From positions 32,001-96,000 of the forward strand of contig CBDEUM010000013.1 of NCBI GenBank assembly GCA_965242925.1: a DNA stretch of 64,000 nt, written 5' to 3'. Below the pieces are notes generated by a model. The model was given only the letters and a program-made list of their open reading frames with translations. It was not told where the DNA came from and made no database searches. This DNA comes from Roseibacillus sp. (lineage in GTDB: Bacteria; Verrucomicrobiota; Verrucomicrobiia; Verrucomicrobiales; Akkermansiaceae). Both the position numbers and the translations under genes were made by a program. This document shows, one piece after another, positions 29,302 through 38,640 of the stretch (position 1 is the stretch's first letter; every line of letters starts with the position of its first letter).

Positions 29302-29922
29302 CTACGGCTTGCCCGAAGGGACGTCCACCCCATCTCTCCGGATAATCACTCGAGGACCCTCTTGCTGCAAGACCCCACCATTATGATAGACCACCGAGAA
29401 TCTGGCCGATTTGTCACCACGCTTGGCGTCGGTCACCTCGGTCATGACCAGCATGAGGTTGCTGCCCGGTGCAGGTTCGATCTGGTAGGCTGTCGACCGG
29501 CTAATCACTCCATCCAGGAGTTCCTCACGCGTCTTCGCTCCCATCTGAAGCGGGCCGTGCCGGTGCGAGAGAATCTTCCTCAACTCCGCGAACTGGGCGC
29601 GGACGAACGCGCTGTTTCTTCCGGGATAAGTGTAGTGAAGAGCAACCTCGAAGAGTTTCCCGTCCATAAACCGTGCCTCCAGCGTGGTGGCATCATGACC
29701 GGGAAGAGTCCCTCTGGCCGGGGATACCAGCAACACCTTCAACCGGGGCTGATCAGCCGGAGCCTTCACGGTCTGGTCCAGTTTCGTCCTCATGGCCCAG
29801 TCAACCAGACGAGTGGGCGAATCCCCCCAACTCAACCCAAAGGGCGGCTGCAAAGGCTCTGCCGCCCACAGAACTGACACGCCGTGAAACACCAGAAATC
29901 CGCAGATCAGGAAAGCTCTCAC
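29302..29922 (-). CDS. Hypothetical exported protein
   Basis: GTG start, signal peptide, PPFGLSWGDS. Confidence 0.7.
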   Translation of the reverse strand: MRAFLICGFLVFHGVSVLWAAEPLQPPFGLSWGDSPTRLVDWAMRTKLDQTVKAPADQPRLKVLLVSPARGTLPGHDATTLEARFMDGKLFEVALHYTYPGRNSAFVRAQFAELRKILSHRHGPLQMGAKTREELLDGVISRSTAYQIEPAPGSNLMLVMTEVTDAKRGDKSARFSVVYHNGGVLQQEGPRVIIRRDGVDVPSGKP

Positions 29923-30447
29923 CCTTGCGTTGATTCTATCTCAAATCGCAGTCAATTCAAGACCCGTTCCGAACGACACGGCCTCCACCAGACACAACGA
30001 GGCAGTGTTCTCATCGAGGCAATCGTAGCCCTCACCCTTCTCTCGGTGGTCAGTCTGGTAGTCCTAAAAGGGACAATGGACATCCTCACGCCTCGTCAAT
30101 GGACCATGGTTCAAAATGTATCCGACGCCTACCTCACCTACGAAAAGGCCTTTGCACAGCGCATCCCCTTTGATGCCCTTACCGACGCGTCGTCTCCGTG
30201 GCCCGTCTATCCTGCCAGATCACATGCCCCGGTAACGATCGGCACCCTTCCCGGGGGAAGGACCCTCAACGGCAATGTGATCCGGACCAGGATCCCGGAC
30301 CAAGACAATTTCCCGGCTCATGGTGGGAACGGAACGATCTCCACAAACCCCGCCGAAATGCAGACCTGGAAACTGCAGAGCCACATCACCTACACCATCA
30401 GTGGCCGCGAATACGTCAAATCTCGAACCATCGTACGGACCCAATGA
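29884..30447 (+). CDS. Minor type IV pilin-like protein (PilV-like)
   Basis: Class III signal QRG|SVLIEAIVALTLLSVV (E5 present). Start uncertain. Confidence 0.75.
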   Translation: MKHQKSADQESSHPCVDSISNRSQFKTRSERHGLHQTQRGSVLIEAIVALTLLSVVSLVVLKGTMDILTPRQWTMVQNVSDAYLTYEKAFAQRIPFDALTDASSPWPVYPARSHAPVTIGTLPGGRTLNGNVIRTRIPDQDNFPAHGGNGTISTNPAEMQTWKLQSHITYTISGREYVKSRTIVRTQ

Positions 30448-31001
30448 TCACTTCCACAGAAAACAGCAGGCAATCCCCGACACGCCGTCGTGGATTTACC
30501 CTCCCGGAGCTTGCCACCGCAATAGGCCTCGCCCTCGCAATCGCGGCCATAATGATGACCCTGCTCCAACAGCAGGTCACCTTCCACCGGATCCTCAAAA
30601 CCCAGGGATTCCTGGTGGATGAAGCTCCCCAGATCAACAACACAGTCACTCAGATTCTCTCCCGCGCGGATGCCTATCGCATTCATTCGAATCTCAGTGA
30701 TGCAGTCGCCGGAACCAACGCCGTAACAGCCGACGGGAAAGTGCTCGTCCTCGGTTTCCTCAATCCGGATGGATCGGAGGACTTTGGGATCATCTCCTTT
30801 GAATCCGACAACGGAGAGGACGCACTCGCCTACTATACCATGGATCCGGCCACTCCATTCACCAAGACCGGAAACCCTGATTGGCTCATTTCCCGTCAGG
30901 TGGATAACGCGGAATTTTTCATCCAAAACGGCGTCTTCCGCATGCAACTCACCGGCCCCGCCGGCGAGATGATCACCTACTCCGGAACACCAAGGCTCTA
31001 A
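30444..31001 (+). CDS. Minor type IV pilin-like protein (PilW-like)
   Basis: RRRG|FTLPELATAIGLALAI; ATGA overlap with the upstream gene. Confidence 0.8.
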   Translation: MITSTENSRQSPTRRRGFTLPELATAIGLALAIAAIMMTLLQQQVTFHRILKTQGFLVDEAPQINNTVTQILSRADAYRIHSNLSDAVAGTNAVTADGKVLVLGFLNPDGSEDFGIISFESDNGEDALAYYTMDPATPFTKTGNPDWLISRQVDNAEFFIQNGVFRMQLTGPAGEMITYSGTPRL

Positions 31002-31024
31002 CCTTCGCTCAACACCCCCATCTC

Positions 31025-32938
31025 ATGAAAAAGAACCTCAGATCCGGCTATGTCTCAATTTTGGCCGTCGTCACCCTTTCCTCGATCATGCTGTTGATGC
31101 TCACCGCATCATTCCGTTACACCCTCCAGAATCAGGAGACCCAGAAGAAGACCCAGATCCGGATCGACTACACAAACCGCGAACAAGCACTGCTTCGCGC
31201 AGTTCTTACCGAGACTCCCAACAGCGCCATCAAGAACATGATGGCCAATTCGCGCTCCACAAGTGAGGAGTTACAGTCCCGCTGGCACTGGATCTTCAAA
31301 CGCGCCCGTGACAAGTCGAACGGTGAAACTGCACTCGAAAATAATATTGCGGAAGTCCTCGGAATCAACAGCCAATCCATTTCCGGCAACACGGGTGACG
31401 GCCCTCAGGACGACATCAGCGACTGCATAAACAGTATCGCGAACCAGCAAGCCATGCACCGGTTTTACATAAATGCCGGCACGAACAACACCGGCAACCT
31501 CCTTGGATCCGAGTATCCGGAAACCCTGGAACTCGTTAACGGCAGCCTGGAGATGCTGGACCGGGACCGTCCTGTCATCACGATGGACAAGACGTATGCC
31601 GGCGGCAAGCAGTTCAAGGTGATCCCCTACCCCGACGTGCACTTCGGCTATGTCTCTCAAAATGAGAATTTCGTGGCCAAACGAAACTGGTGGGCATTCT
31701 CCCTGACCTATGGAGCTGCTTCCAAATCCTCGACCGGCGTGGCCACCACGAAGAAAAACTTCGTTCTCTCAATCTACGAGGTGCCCTCGCAACTTGCACT
31801 TGGCAGCACCACCACCACCGCGCTCGGCAAACATGCGGACGGCACCGAATGGGGCAATGTAAGCATCACAGGTAGCGTCTTCGCAACCCGGGCCTCCACT
31901 GAAGGCAATCTCAGACTTGACCGCCTTGCCGCCCGCCGGGGCATCTCCCTTACCGACAATTCCTCGGTCGGGGGCGTCGCGCTCGACAACTTCACAGGCG
32001 ATCTTCCCTCCCGCGAACAGTACGAGGCAGATAATGCCAGCTTCTTCCCTCTCTCCAATTCCTCGGACTCAGGTCTTGTGGCCTTCCTCCCGATCGCGCG
32101 CGGTCTGGAGATCTTTGACGATCTGGAGGATGTCACCGACTACAACTCCGCCTCTTCGACAGGATGGAACTACTACAGCCGGCCCGCCCTGCAGACCGTC
32201 ATGAAACTGCGGGTGGAAGACGTGATTTCTCCCGAGGATCAAACCCCAACCTCGATTTCCTTCACTTATCTCTCTTATGGAATCGAAAAAACCGCCCTCT
32301 TCACACGGGGTAACAACTGGCCAACTCAGGACTCCCCTGAGGGCTCGACCTTCCCCTTCCACCTCGAGACCACCCGGCTTGAACGACGGACCCTCGCGGT
32401 CTACATCGGCAGGCTGGCCACCTACCTCAAGTTCCTTGGAGCCGATCCCCTGGCAGTGAACAATTCCCTCATGATCAACGCGAACTACCGGGACAACATC
32501 AGGATCAGCAAGCCGAACATCCCCAGCCTGTCCACCGACATCTCCCTCATCCTGCGTGACACAAGGGATTTCACCGCCTTCCCGAAGGGTTTCTCCCTGG
32601 TTACTCCCTTCCGGATGTATCTCGTCAATGATGTCAACATCACGGCCAGCCGCGTCGATGACAATGGAAAGAGAATCTTCCCCCCAATCTCGCTCTTCAC
32701 TCCTGAAAAGCGTTTCGGAATTCGAGACAAGGCCATGAATATCGCCCTGAAGGGGCAGATCAATCACACTGGGAAAAACAGAAGCGATGCCGTCCGACCT
32801 CTTGATCTCCGGTCCGGCGCCGATGACCAAGTATCCACCAACAAGATCGAAGCCGATCTTTATTCCATTACCGACCCCGATCAGTTGCCTCCCATCACGC
32901 AGATGAACTGGCTTGTGACCATCGAGCAGGTTGACTGA
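31025..32938 (+). CDS. Large PilX/GspK-like pilin (637 aa)
   Basis: RSG|YVSILAVVTLSSIMLLML (no E5, as in PilX/GspK); third gene of the minor-pilin operon. Confidence 0.7.
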   Translation: MKKNLRSGYVSILAVVTLSSIMLLMLTASFRYTLQNQETQKKTQIRIDYTNREQALLRAVLTETPNSAIKNMMANSRSTSEELQSRWHWIFKRARDKSNGETALENNIAEVLGINSQSISGNTGDGPQDDISDCINSIANQQAMHRFYINAGTNNTGNLLGSEYPETLELVNGSLEMLDRDRPVITMDKTYAGGKQFKVIPYPDVHFGYVSQNENFVAKRNWWAFSLTYGAASKSSTGVATTKKNFVLSIYEVPSQLALGSTTTTALGKHADGTEWGNVSITGSVFATRASTEGNLRLDRLAARRGISLTDNSSVGGVALDNFTGDLPSREQYEADNASFFPLSNSSDSGLVAFLPIARGLEIFDDLEDVTDYNSASSTGWNYYSRPALQTVMKLRVEDVISPEDQTPTSISFTYLSYGIEKTALFTRGNNWPTQDSPEGSTFPFHLETTRLERRTLAVYIGRLATYLKFLGADPLAVNNSLMINANYRDNIRISKPNIPSLSTDISLILRDTRDFTAFPKGFSLVTPFRMYLVNDVNITASRVDDNGKRIFPPISLFTPEKRFGIRDKAMNIALKGQINHTGKNRSDAVRPLDLRSGADDQVSTNKIEADLYSITDPDQLPPITQMNWLVTIEQVD

Positions 32939-33273
32939 GACCAGGGAGACCTCAAGACTCTGCCCCCTGGCGGAACCCATCAGGCTTGCCCATCCCTCAC
33001 CCCGTGATCTCAGACGATCAACGGACCCGGTCAGCTTCCGGCACGAGTGTGTGCTCACACAGGAGAGTGGTTGCACAAACCCTCCTGGCGGGCCATCGGG
33101 TTCATGGATTAAACCGTAGAAGAAATAATCCACTTCTGAAGGATCACCGATAGAATGACAGGAGGCTGGATGTGTCACCCCCTGGCCGGGACTCACCAGG
33201 GACCGGCTTTCTTCATCCTCTCCCTACGTTCACCGGAAAACAGTGGGAGTCATTCCCGAGCAAGAAGAACTGA

Positions 33274-33771
33274 CTACTCCTTTGGGGGCAGGAGGGGATG
33301 AAGCGTGTTACCGGGACTGATCGAATTTCGAAGGATCGAACCGATCCCGGAAGATGCCCTCAACGGTCGGAAAGACTCGCTGTGCGTATCCACGCGAAAC
33401 TGAAGTTCACTCAAATCCAGGTTGGTCTCCTCCAACTGCTCCTGGAGTTTCCTGTTGGCACCCTGCAACTCCGTATTCTCGGACTTCAGTTCCTGCAGCC
33501 GTGCCACGATTTCCTGCAAGGCCTGGAGGGTGGCCGTATCCTCATCGCGAGAACCAGAGAACGGCAACCTGTTCTTCCCCTCGCTGCCAGAAGCAGGAAA
33601 AATCTCCGTTCCCTCAACGGAATCGAGACCGGAACCAACTCCCGCAAGCCATTGGCCGTTCCCGGTCAATTTCCTTGCGCCCATCACATGAACCGCATGG
33701 ATCGTGACAGCTCCACACATGAGGCCAAGCGCCACCCCACTGCTCACCAGTTGAAAGAGAGGACTTTTCAT
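33274..33771 (-). CDS. Hypothetical TM plus coiled-coil protein
   Basis: N-terminal hydrophobic helix; heptad-rich LQEIVARLQELKSENTELQGANRKLQEQLEE. Confidence 0.75.
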   Translation of the reverse strand: MKSPLFQLVSSGVALGLMCGAVTIHAVHVMGARKLTGNGQWLAGVGSGLDSVEGTEIFPASGSEGKNRLPFSGSRDEDTATLQALQEIVARLQELKSENTELQGANRKLQEQLEETNLDLSELQFRVDTHSESFRPLRASSGIGSILRNSISPGNTLHPLLPPKE

Positions 33772-34457
33772 GGTTTGAGATCCGGGTGGTTGTCACCCTT
33801 CTGTTGCGGGGACGAAAATTCGGCCATGAAGGATGCGTGAACGCGAAACTCCTCAGAGCTGCTATTCTGACCCCCATCTCCATCGGCCGCCAGGATCACA
33901 ACGTCTTCTCCCGGAATCTGATCCTCATCCTGTCCGCTACCTGCTTCCGCTGCATCCCCCAACTCAGGGGCCTCCACCGCAATCTCCCTCCTCCCAGGCA
34001 TCTCGCCAGGTGGAATCGCCCGGAAGAGGGAAGGGCCCTGCCGCTTCACGATCAGCGGCTTCAGTTCTTCTCCCGGAATCTCTTCTCCTGCAGATGAATC
34101 GCCTGTCGGCGCCGGATCTCCCGGAAGTCTGGCAATGGCCGGATCCAGATTCCCTCCTCCCGCAGTATGGCGAGTGGGTTCATCCTCCCGGACGGGTCGC
34201 TTTTCCTGAATTGCAGGCGGGGTGTTCAATGGTTGATGTGCAGGCGCCGACAGAAAGACCGGCTTGGTAATGTACATCCAGCAAAACACTGCTGCCAAGG
34301 CAGTGGTCATTAGCATCAAGGGCGGATACCAGCGATACAGCCCACAACGCTGACAGGCGCATTGATCCGGCCTTTCAAGGGATTCCATTCCCGACTTCAC
34401 ATTTGCCGGGATCCTCTCACTCTCGACCGAATTTAACCTGGAAATGCTTTCGCTCAT
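33768..34457 (-). CDS. Hypothetical bitopic membrane protein
   Basis: CACQRC followed by a TM (LMLMTTALAAVFCWMYITKP) and a Pro/acidic tail; ATGA-coupled to the next gene. Confidence 0.7.
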   Translation of the reverse strand: MSESISRLNSVESERIPANVKSGMESLERPDQCACQRCGLYRWYPPLMLMTTALAAVFCWMYITKPVFLSAPAHQPLNTPPAIQEKRPVREDEPTRHTAGGGNLDPAIARLPGDPAPTGDSSAGEEIPGEELKPLIVKRQGPSLFRAIPPGEMPGRREIAVEAPELGDAAEAGSGQDEDQIPGEDVVILAADGDGGQNSSSEEFRVHASFMAEFSSPQQKGDNHPDLKP

Positions 34458-34478
34458 ACTGAATCCGAGAGGGCCAAT

Positions 34479-34949
34479 TTACTTGTTGTGGCTAACCGTG
34501 ATACGTCGGTTTGCGTAGGTGATCTCCACGACATCCGAGAGAGCGGGAAACTTCGTCAGGACCAACCGTTCCTCAGTGAGCGTAAGCTGCCGGAGAATGT
34601 TTCCGACCAGGGAGTAAGCCTGTAACCCCGGAACAGTCTCCATCTTGTTTGTTCCAGCACCAGTCAAAATGCCATCATTGCGATGAATCGTGAAAGAGGT
34701 GTAGGCCTCTGTCGAACTTTCCCCATAAACGCGAACCGCGATCCCATCAGTGTAGACGCGGCAGAAGAAGGCCTTGCTTCTTACGTTGAAGGATGCGCCA
34801 TCACGGATCTTCATCCGTTTGTCGAATCTGTAGTTCCCAACAAAACGAAACCCCGGAGAAAGGGAATCCTCCTGGGCCATACTCGTCTCCGACGTCAGGC
34901 AGAGAAAGGACGCCAGAACCAGCAACAGAGATGGAACCGTTCTTATCAT
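34479..34949 (-). CDS. Hypothetical exported beta-rich protein
   Basis: Signal peptide; ATGA-coupled to the upstream pilin. Confidence 0.75.
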   Translation of the reverse strand: MIRTVPSLLLVLASFLCLTSETSMAQEDSLSPGFRFVGNYRFDKRMKIRDGASFNVRSKAFFCRVYTDGIAVRVYGESSTEAYTSFTIHRNDGILTGAGTNKMETVPGLQAYSLVGNILRQLTLTEERLVLTKFPALSDVVEITYANRRITVSHNK

Positions 34950-35356
34950 TCGCCCACGTCCCAGAGGGAATCCGTAGAGGATCCAGAAGGATCATACACT
35001 CTACCACCCGCTTCCGTCAGAATCGGTGGCGACTTTGTTACATCATAGGTGAGGCTGTTACCGTTGAGATCCTCCACCCCGGGAAGAGCTGCGCCACCAC
35101 TCGGAAGGTATTGGATCAAGTCATTGGTCGTTATCGAATCAACCGCCTTCCTCGGGTGGTCCGCGAGGTAGGAGCGTTGCGCCACGTATACTTCCCGCAG
35201 AGCCGCGGAGGCCTTCTTGCCTTTGTTCCACTCGCCGATATTGCCGGCGAAGTACATCGTCGCTCCCATGATGCTGAGGATGATGAAGATGACAACCGTC
35301 AGCTCGATGAGAGTGACCCCCGCCCGGGGTGGTGTTTGATGACGATGTCTGTTCAT
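34946..35356 (-). CDS. Type IV pilin-like protein
   Basis: RAG|VTLIELTVVIFIILSI. Confidence 0.85.
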   Translation of the reverse strand: MNRHRHQTPPRAGVTLIELTVVIFIILSIMGATMYFAGNIGEWNKGKKASAALREVYVAQRSYLADHPRKAVDSITTNDLIQYLPSGGAALPGVEDLNGNSLTYDVTKSPPILTEAGGRVYDPSGSSTDSLWDVGE

Positions 35357-35387
35357 GGCTGATATGGTTTTGCGTTGATGATCTGAA

Positions 35388-35807
35388 CTACCTGTCCCTC
35401 AAGAGATCCAGGGACTCAATGATCTCGGTCTTGAGTCCCTCATTGGTGATGACCGCGTAGCCCAGGATAAGAACGGTGAATGCGACCACTATGACCACCG
35501 CCCACCAGAAGAGCCGGAAGAAAAAGCTCTTTCCCTCGGGTGCAATGATCGGTTTGTACCAAGGATTACCCTCTACTATCCTGGTGGCAAACATCTGGTT
35601 TCCTTTCCGAAGAACGGCCAGCAGGATCTCCAGGTCCCTCCTCGCATTAACGATCAACCGATAGCGGTAGCGCCGGGTGGGTGATTCTTCCAGTTCCTCG
35701 ATTAATACCTGCGAAGGCACTCCCGATTCCGGGAGTCTCATCGTATAAATATGAGTCCGGTAAATGAACTTCTCCCGGAGCCAGCGGTCGAATTGGGTCA
35801 GTTGCAT
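35388..35807 (-). CDS. Hypothetical membrane protein
   Basis: Cytoplasmic N-domain (FDRWLREKFIYRTHIYT) and a C-terminal TM helix; lies within the operon. Confidence 0.75.
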   Translation of the reverse strand: MQLTQFDRWLREKFIYRTHIYTMRLPESGVPSQVLIEELEESPTRRYRYRLIVNARRDLEILLAVLRKGNQMFATRIVEGNPWYKPIIAPEGKSFFFRLFWWAVVIVVAFTVLILGYAVITNEGLKTEIIESLDLLRDR

Positions 35808-35819
35808 CGTTTTCCGGTG

Positions 35820-36953
35820 TTAGATTCCACTCTGCATCATCTTCGGTCCCATCAGGAAGATCGGCAGAAAGGTGCCGATGAAGACTGCGGCAATCAAGGA
35901 GACCGCCATCAGGAGGACGAGGAAGTTGAGAACCTGGGTGAAGTCATTCATGTAATTCTCGGCTTCTTCCTCGTACATGTCGGCGAGCATCTTCAACTGG
36001 TTGTCAATCGAGGCTGATCGCTCACCAATGGACATCATGTGAACCACCTGCTCGTCCACGGAAGTGAACTTGCTGAAGGCAAGCGAAAGAGGAACCCCGG
36101 AGTGCTCATACTGATCCGCCGCATGCCGGATTTCCGGATAGAGAGGCGTTGCCTTGACGGACTTGGCCGCCACCCGCATGGATTTGGAAAGGTTGATCCC
36201 GTTCGAATAGAGAAGCTCCATGGTGGAGAGAAAGGTCATCTGGCGCAGGCTCATGACCAGCTGGCTGAGGAGACGCCACTTCGACATCGCAATCGAGGTA
36301 ATGGTATTTCGAACCCCCTCTGATCGCCAGATGAGCGCTCCCATGACCATCACGCCCAGGACCACGAAAGGCCACAAGACCCGGGTGGCGTGACTCACCT
36401 TGAAGGCGATGGCAGTGAGCCCGTCAGGCTTCTGGCGGACCTGTTCCAGCATGCCCTCCACCTGAGGCACGATTTTCACCTGAGAAACGATGAAGGCCCC
36501 GATGAGCACCGCAATCACGATACCCGGAAGAAGAACCGCCTTGCGAATCTGCTTCCTGAAGTAGAGATCGGCCTTCAGGCGATCGGCGAGCTCTCGAAAG
36601 GCGCGGTTAAGCTGGCCGGAATCTCCCCCGGCCTGGATCAGACCAATGGTCATGTCATCAAAACGGTCGGTCCTGCGGAAAGCCTCGTGAATCGACATCC
36701 CGGATTCGGTATCAAAACGGATCTGCTCCAGAGTGGAGGCCATCGCCTTGTTGGGAAGACCCTGTCCGTAGTACTTGAGCGCGTCAGAGGTGTTGATCTG
36801 CGCCTTGAGCATGGAGGCCAGGCCCCGGAACAGGTGGATCAGATCTTTCTTCTTGAAACGCTGTATCTTCACCTTTTTCCTCGTCACGGCGGCATGCTGA
36901 GCGGACGCGTGAGACAGGGAGACAGGGGTTGTAGTGGAGCTGCCGTTACTCAT
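35820..36953 (-). CDS. pilC: Type II secretion F family / PilC platform protein
   Basis: Two GspF repeats (GLASMLKAQ..GMSIHEAF..GLIQAGGDSGQL; MMSIGERSASIDNQL), three TM segments, C-terminal FLPIF. Confidence 0.9.
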   Translation of the reverse strand: MSNGSSTTTPVSLSHASAQHAAVTRKKVKIQRFKKKDLIHLFRGLASMLKAQINTSDALKYYGQGLPNKAMASTLEQIRFDTESGMSIHEAFRRTDRFDDMTIGLIQAGGDSGQLNRAFRELADRLKADLYFRKQIRKAVLLPGIVIAVLIGAFIVSQVKIVPQVEGMLEQVRQKPDGLTAIAFKVSHATRVLWPFVVLGVMVMGALIWRSEGVRNTITSIAMSKWRLLSQLVMSLRQMTFLSTMELLYSNGINLSKSMRVAAKSVKATPLYPEIRHAADQYEHSGVPLSLAFSKFTSVDEQVVHMMSIGERSASIDNQLKMLADMYEEEAENYMNDFTQVLNFLVLLMAVSLIAAVFIGTFLPIFLMGPKMMQSGI

Positions 36954-38640
36954 CGGAATATGTCATGTCGATTGTTTTGCTGACTGCCTTCAGGTCGGTC
37001 TGACCTTCCGCCAGGAGGCGTAATCCGCTTCGCCGAAGATTCGGGAGCGTTCCGTCATTAAGAACCATGATTTCGAGATCGTAGGGACTGATCTCCCCCT
37101 TGGAGAGTTGATCGGAGACCCGCGGAGTGATCGGAATGATCTCGAGAATTGCGGTTCGACCGCTGTACCCAGTCTGCCGGCACTCCGAACATCCCTCCGG
37201 TCGCGCGACGAAGAGAGGCCGTTCCGCCCATTCGTCACCAAGATTGAACAATCGACGCTCGGTCTCCTCCACTCCATCTACCTGGACCTTGCAGTCAGGA
37301 CAGAGCACCTTGATCAGACGCTGTGCACAGGCAGCCTTGAGGGTCTGTGCAATTTTCCAGCGCTCGATCTTCAGTTGCTCAAAACGCTCAATGATCTGGG
37401 ATGCCCTGGGAGTGTGGATGGTGGTCAGGACCTTGTGTCCCGTCACCGCAGCCTCAATGGCCAGTTCGGCCGACTCGGTATCCCGCACCTCCCCCATCAG
37501 AATGATGTCGGGATCACTCCGCATGAAACTGGTGATCATCGGCTTGAACTCCGAGGCGCTCTTAAGATCACAGTGAGTCACTCCTGGAATTTCATCCTCC
37601 ACCGGATTCTCCAGAGTAAGAATATTAACCTCGGGACGGTTGAGTTCCCGCAACATCGCGTTCAGGGTCGTCGATTTTCCAGACCCTGTCGGTCCGCTCA
37701 TCACGATGATCCCCGCCGGGATCTTCATCACACGATTGAGCTCGAAAAGGGTTTCATCATCGAAGGCCAGCGAACCCTTTCCGAGCTTCACGTTGATGTG
37801 ACTTTTATCAAGAAGCCGCATCGTGACATGGTAGCCCCGGTAGGTACGATGGCGTTCATAGCGGATGTCAATGGGCCGGTGGTAATAGGCGATGGTAAAA
37901 CGACCCGAGATTCCCGGCTTTGTATTGCGGGTCTCGGCGGGCAGTTTCATCAGATTGAGGAAGAACGCATCAATGCGATCCTTGAGCTTCATCGGCATCT
38001 CCACCTTGTCACCGAGGTCTCCATCGATCCGAAAGCAATAGTAAAACGATTCCTTTTCCACCTTGAAGTGGACATCGGAAGCACGAAGCTTGGTGGCGGT
38101 GGCAAGGATTGTGGCGGCGAGCTGGGTGATCGGCTCGTCGTATTCCGCGGTCACATCGAAATCCTGCAGTCCCTCATCGAGATCCTCTACATCGATGGAC
38201 TCCAGCTGGGAATGATTGGGTCCCTGGGTGGTTGTTACGCGCTCGATTGCACGGCTTATCTCACTGCTCAGCGTGACGACCTTGTCCAGTTGAAGATCAG
38301 GAAAGCGAGGGGGAAGATACTCGTCCGGCAAGGAACTCCAGGGATTGGATACTGCGACGAGAAGCCGCTCCCCGTAGCTGCAGAGGGGGGTAAATCCTCC
38401 CCGCGTGAGCAAGGCCGGATCACAGGCATCCAGAAGAGAAGAGTCACAGAACTCTGCTATCTTTGGCAGGAACGGCAGCCCGTTCACCTGCGCGATGGCG
38501 GACATGAACAGGGGGCGGGAAACCCTGTTGGGAACCTGGTCATGGCCCAGCTCGGCCAGGGAGGAGTCATGTGCAGCGAGCGCATCCATGACCCGACCGC
38601 TGATCAAGTCGTTGAACTGAATGCCGTCAAACTCAATCAT
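36946..38640 (-). CDS. pilB: GspE/PilB assembly ATPase
   Basis: ASDVHF, GPTGSGKSTTL, TLENPVE, MRSDPDIILMGEVRD, TGHKVLTTIH, CPDC...CSEC zinc motif; start set at the ATGA overlap at 38640. Confidence 0.92.
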   Translation of the reverse strand: MIEFDGIQFNDLISGRVMDALAAHDSSLAELGHDQVPNRVSRPLFMSAIAQVNGLPFLPKIAEFCDSSLLDACDPALLTRGGFTPLCSYGERLLVAVSNPWSSLPDEYLPPRFPDLQLDKVVTLSSEISRAIERVTTTQGPNHSQLESIDVEDLDEGLQDFDVTAEYDEPITQLAATILATATKLRASDVHFKVEKESFYYCFRIDGDLGDKVEMPMKLKDRIDAFFLNLMKLPAETRNTKPGISGRFTIAYYHRPIDIRYERHRTYRGYHVTMRLLDKSHINVKLGKGSLAFDDETLFELNRVMKIPAGIIVMSGPTGSGKSTTLNAMLRELNRPEVNILTLENPVEDEIPGVTHCDLKSASEFKPMITSFMRSDPDIILMGEVRDTESAELAIEAAVTGHKVLTTIHTPRASQIIERFEQLKIERWKIAQTLKAACAQRLIKVLCPDCKVQVDGVEETERRLFNLGDEWAERPLFVARPEGCSECRQTGYSGRTAILEIIPITPRVSDQLSKGEISPYDLEIMVLNDGTLPNLRRSGLRLLAEGQTDLKAVSKTIDMTYSDE

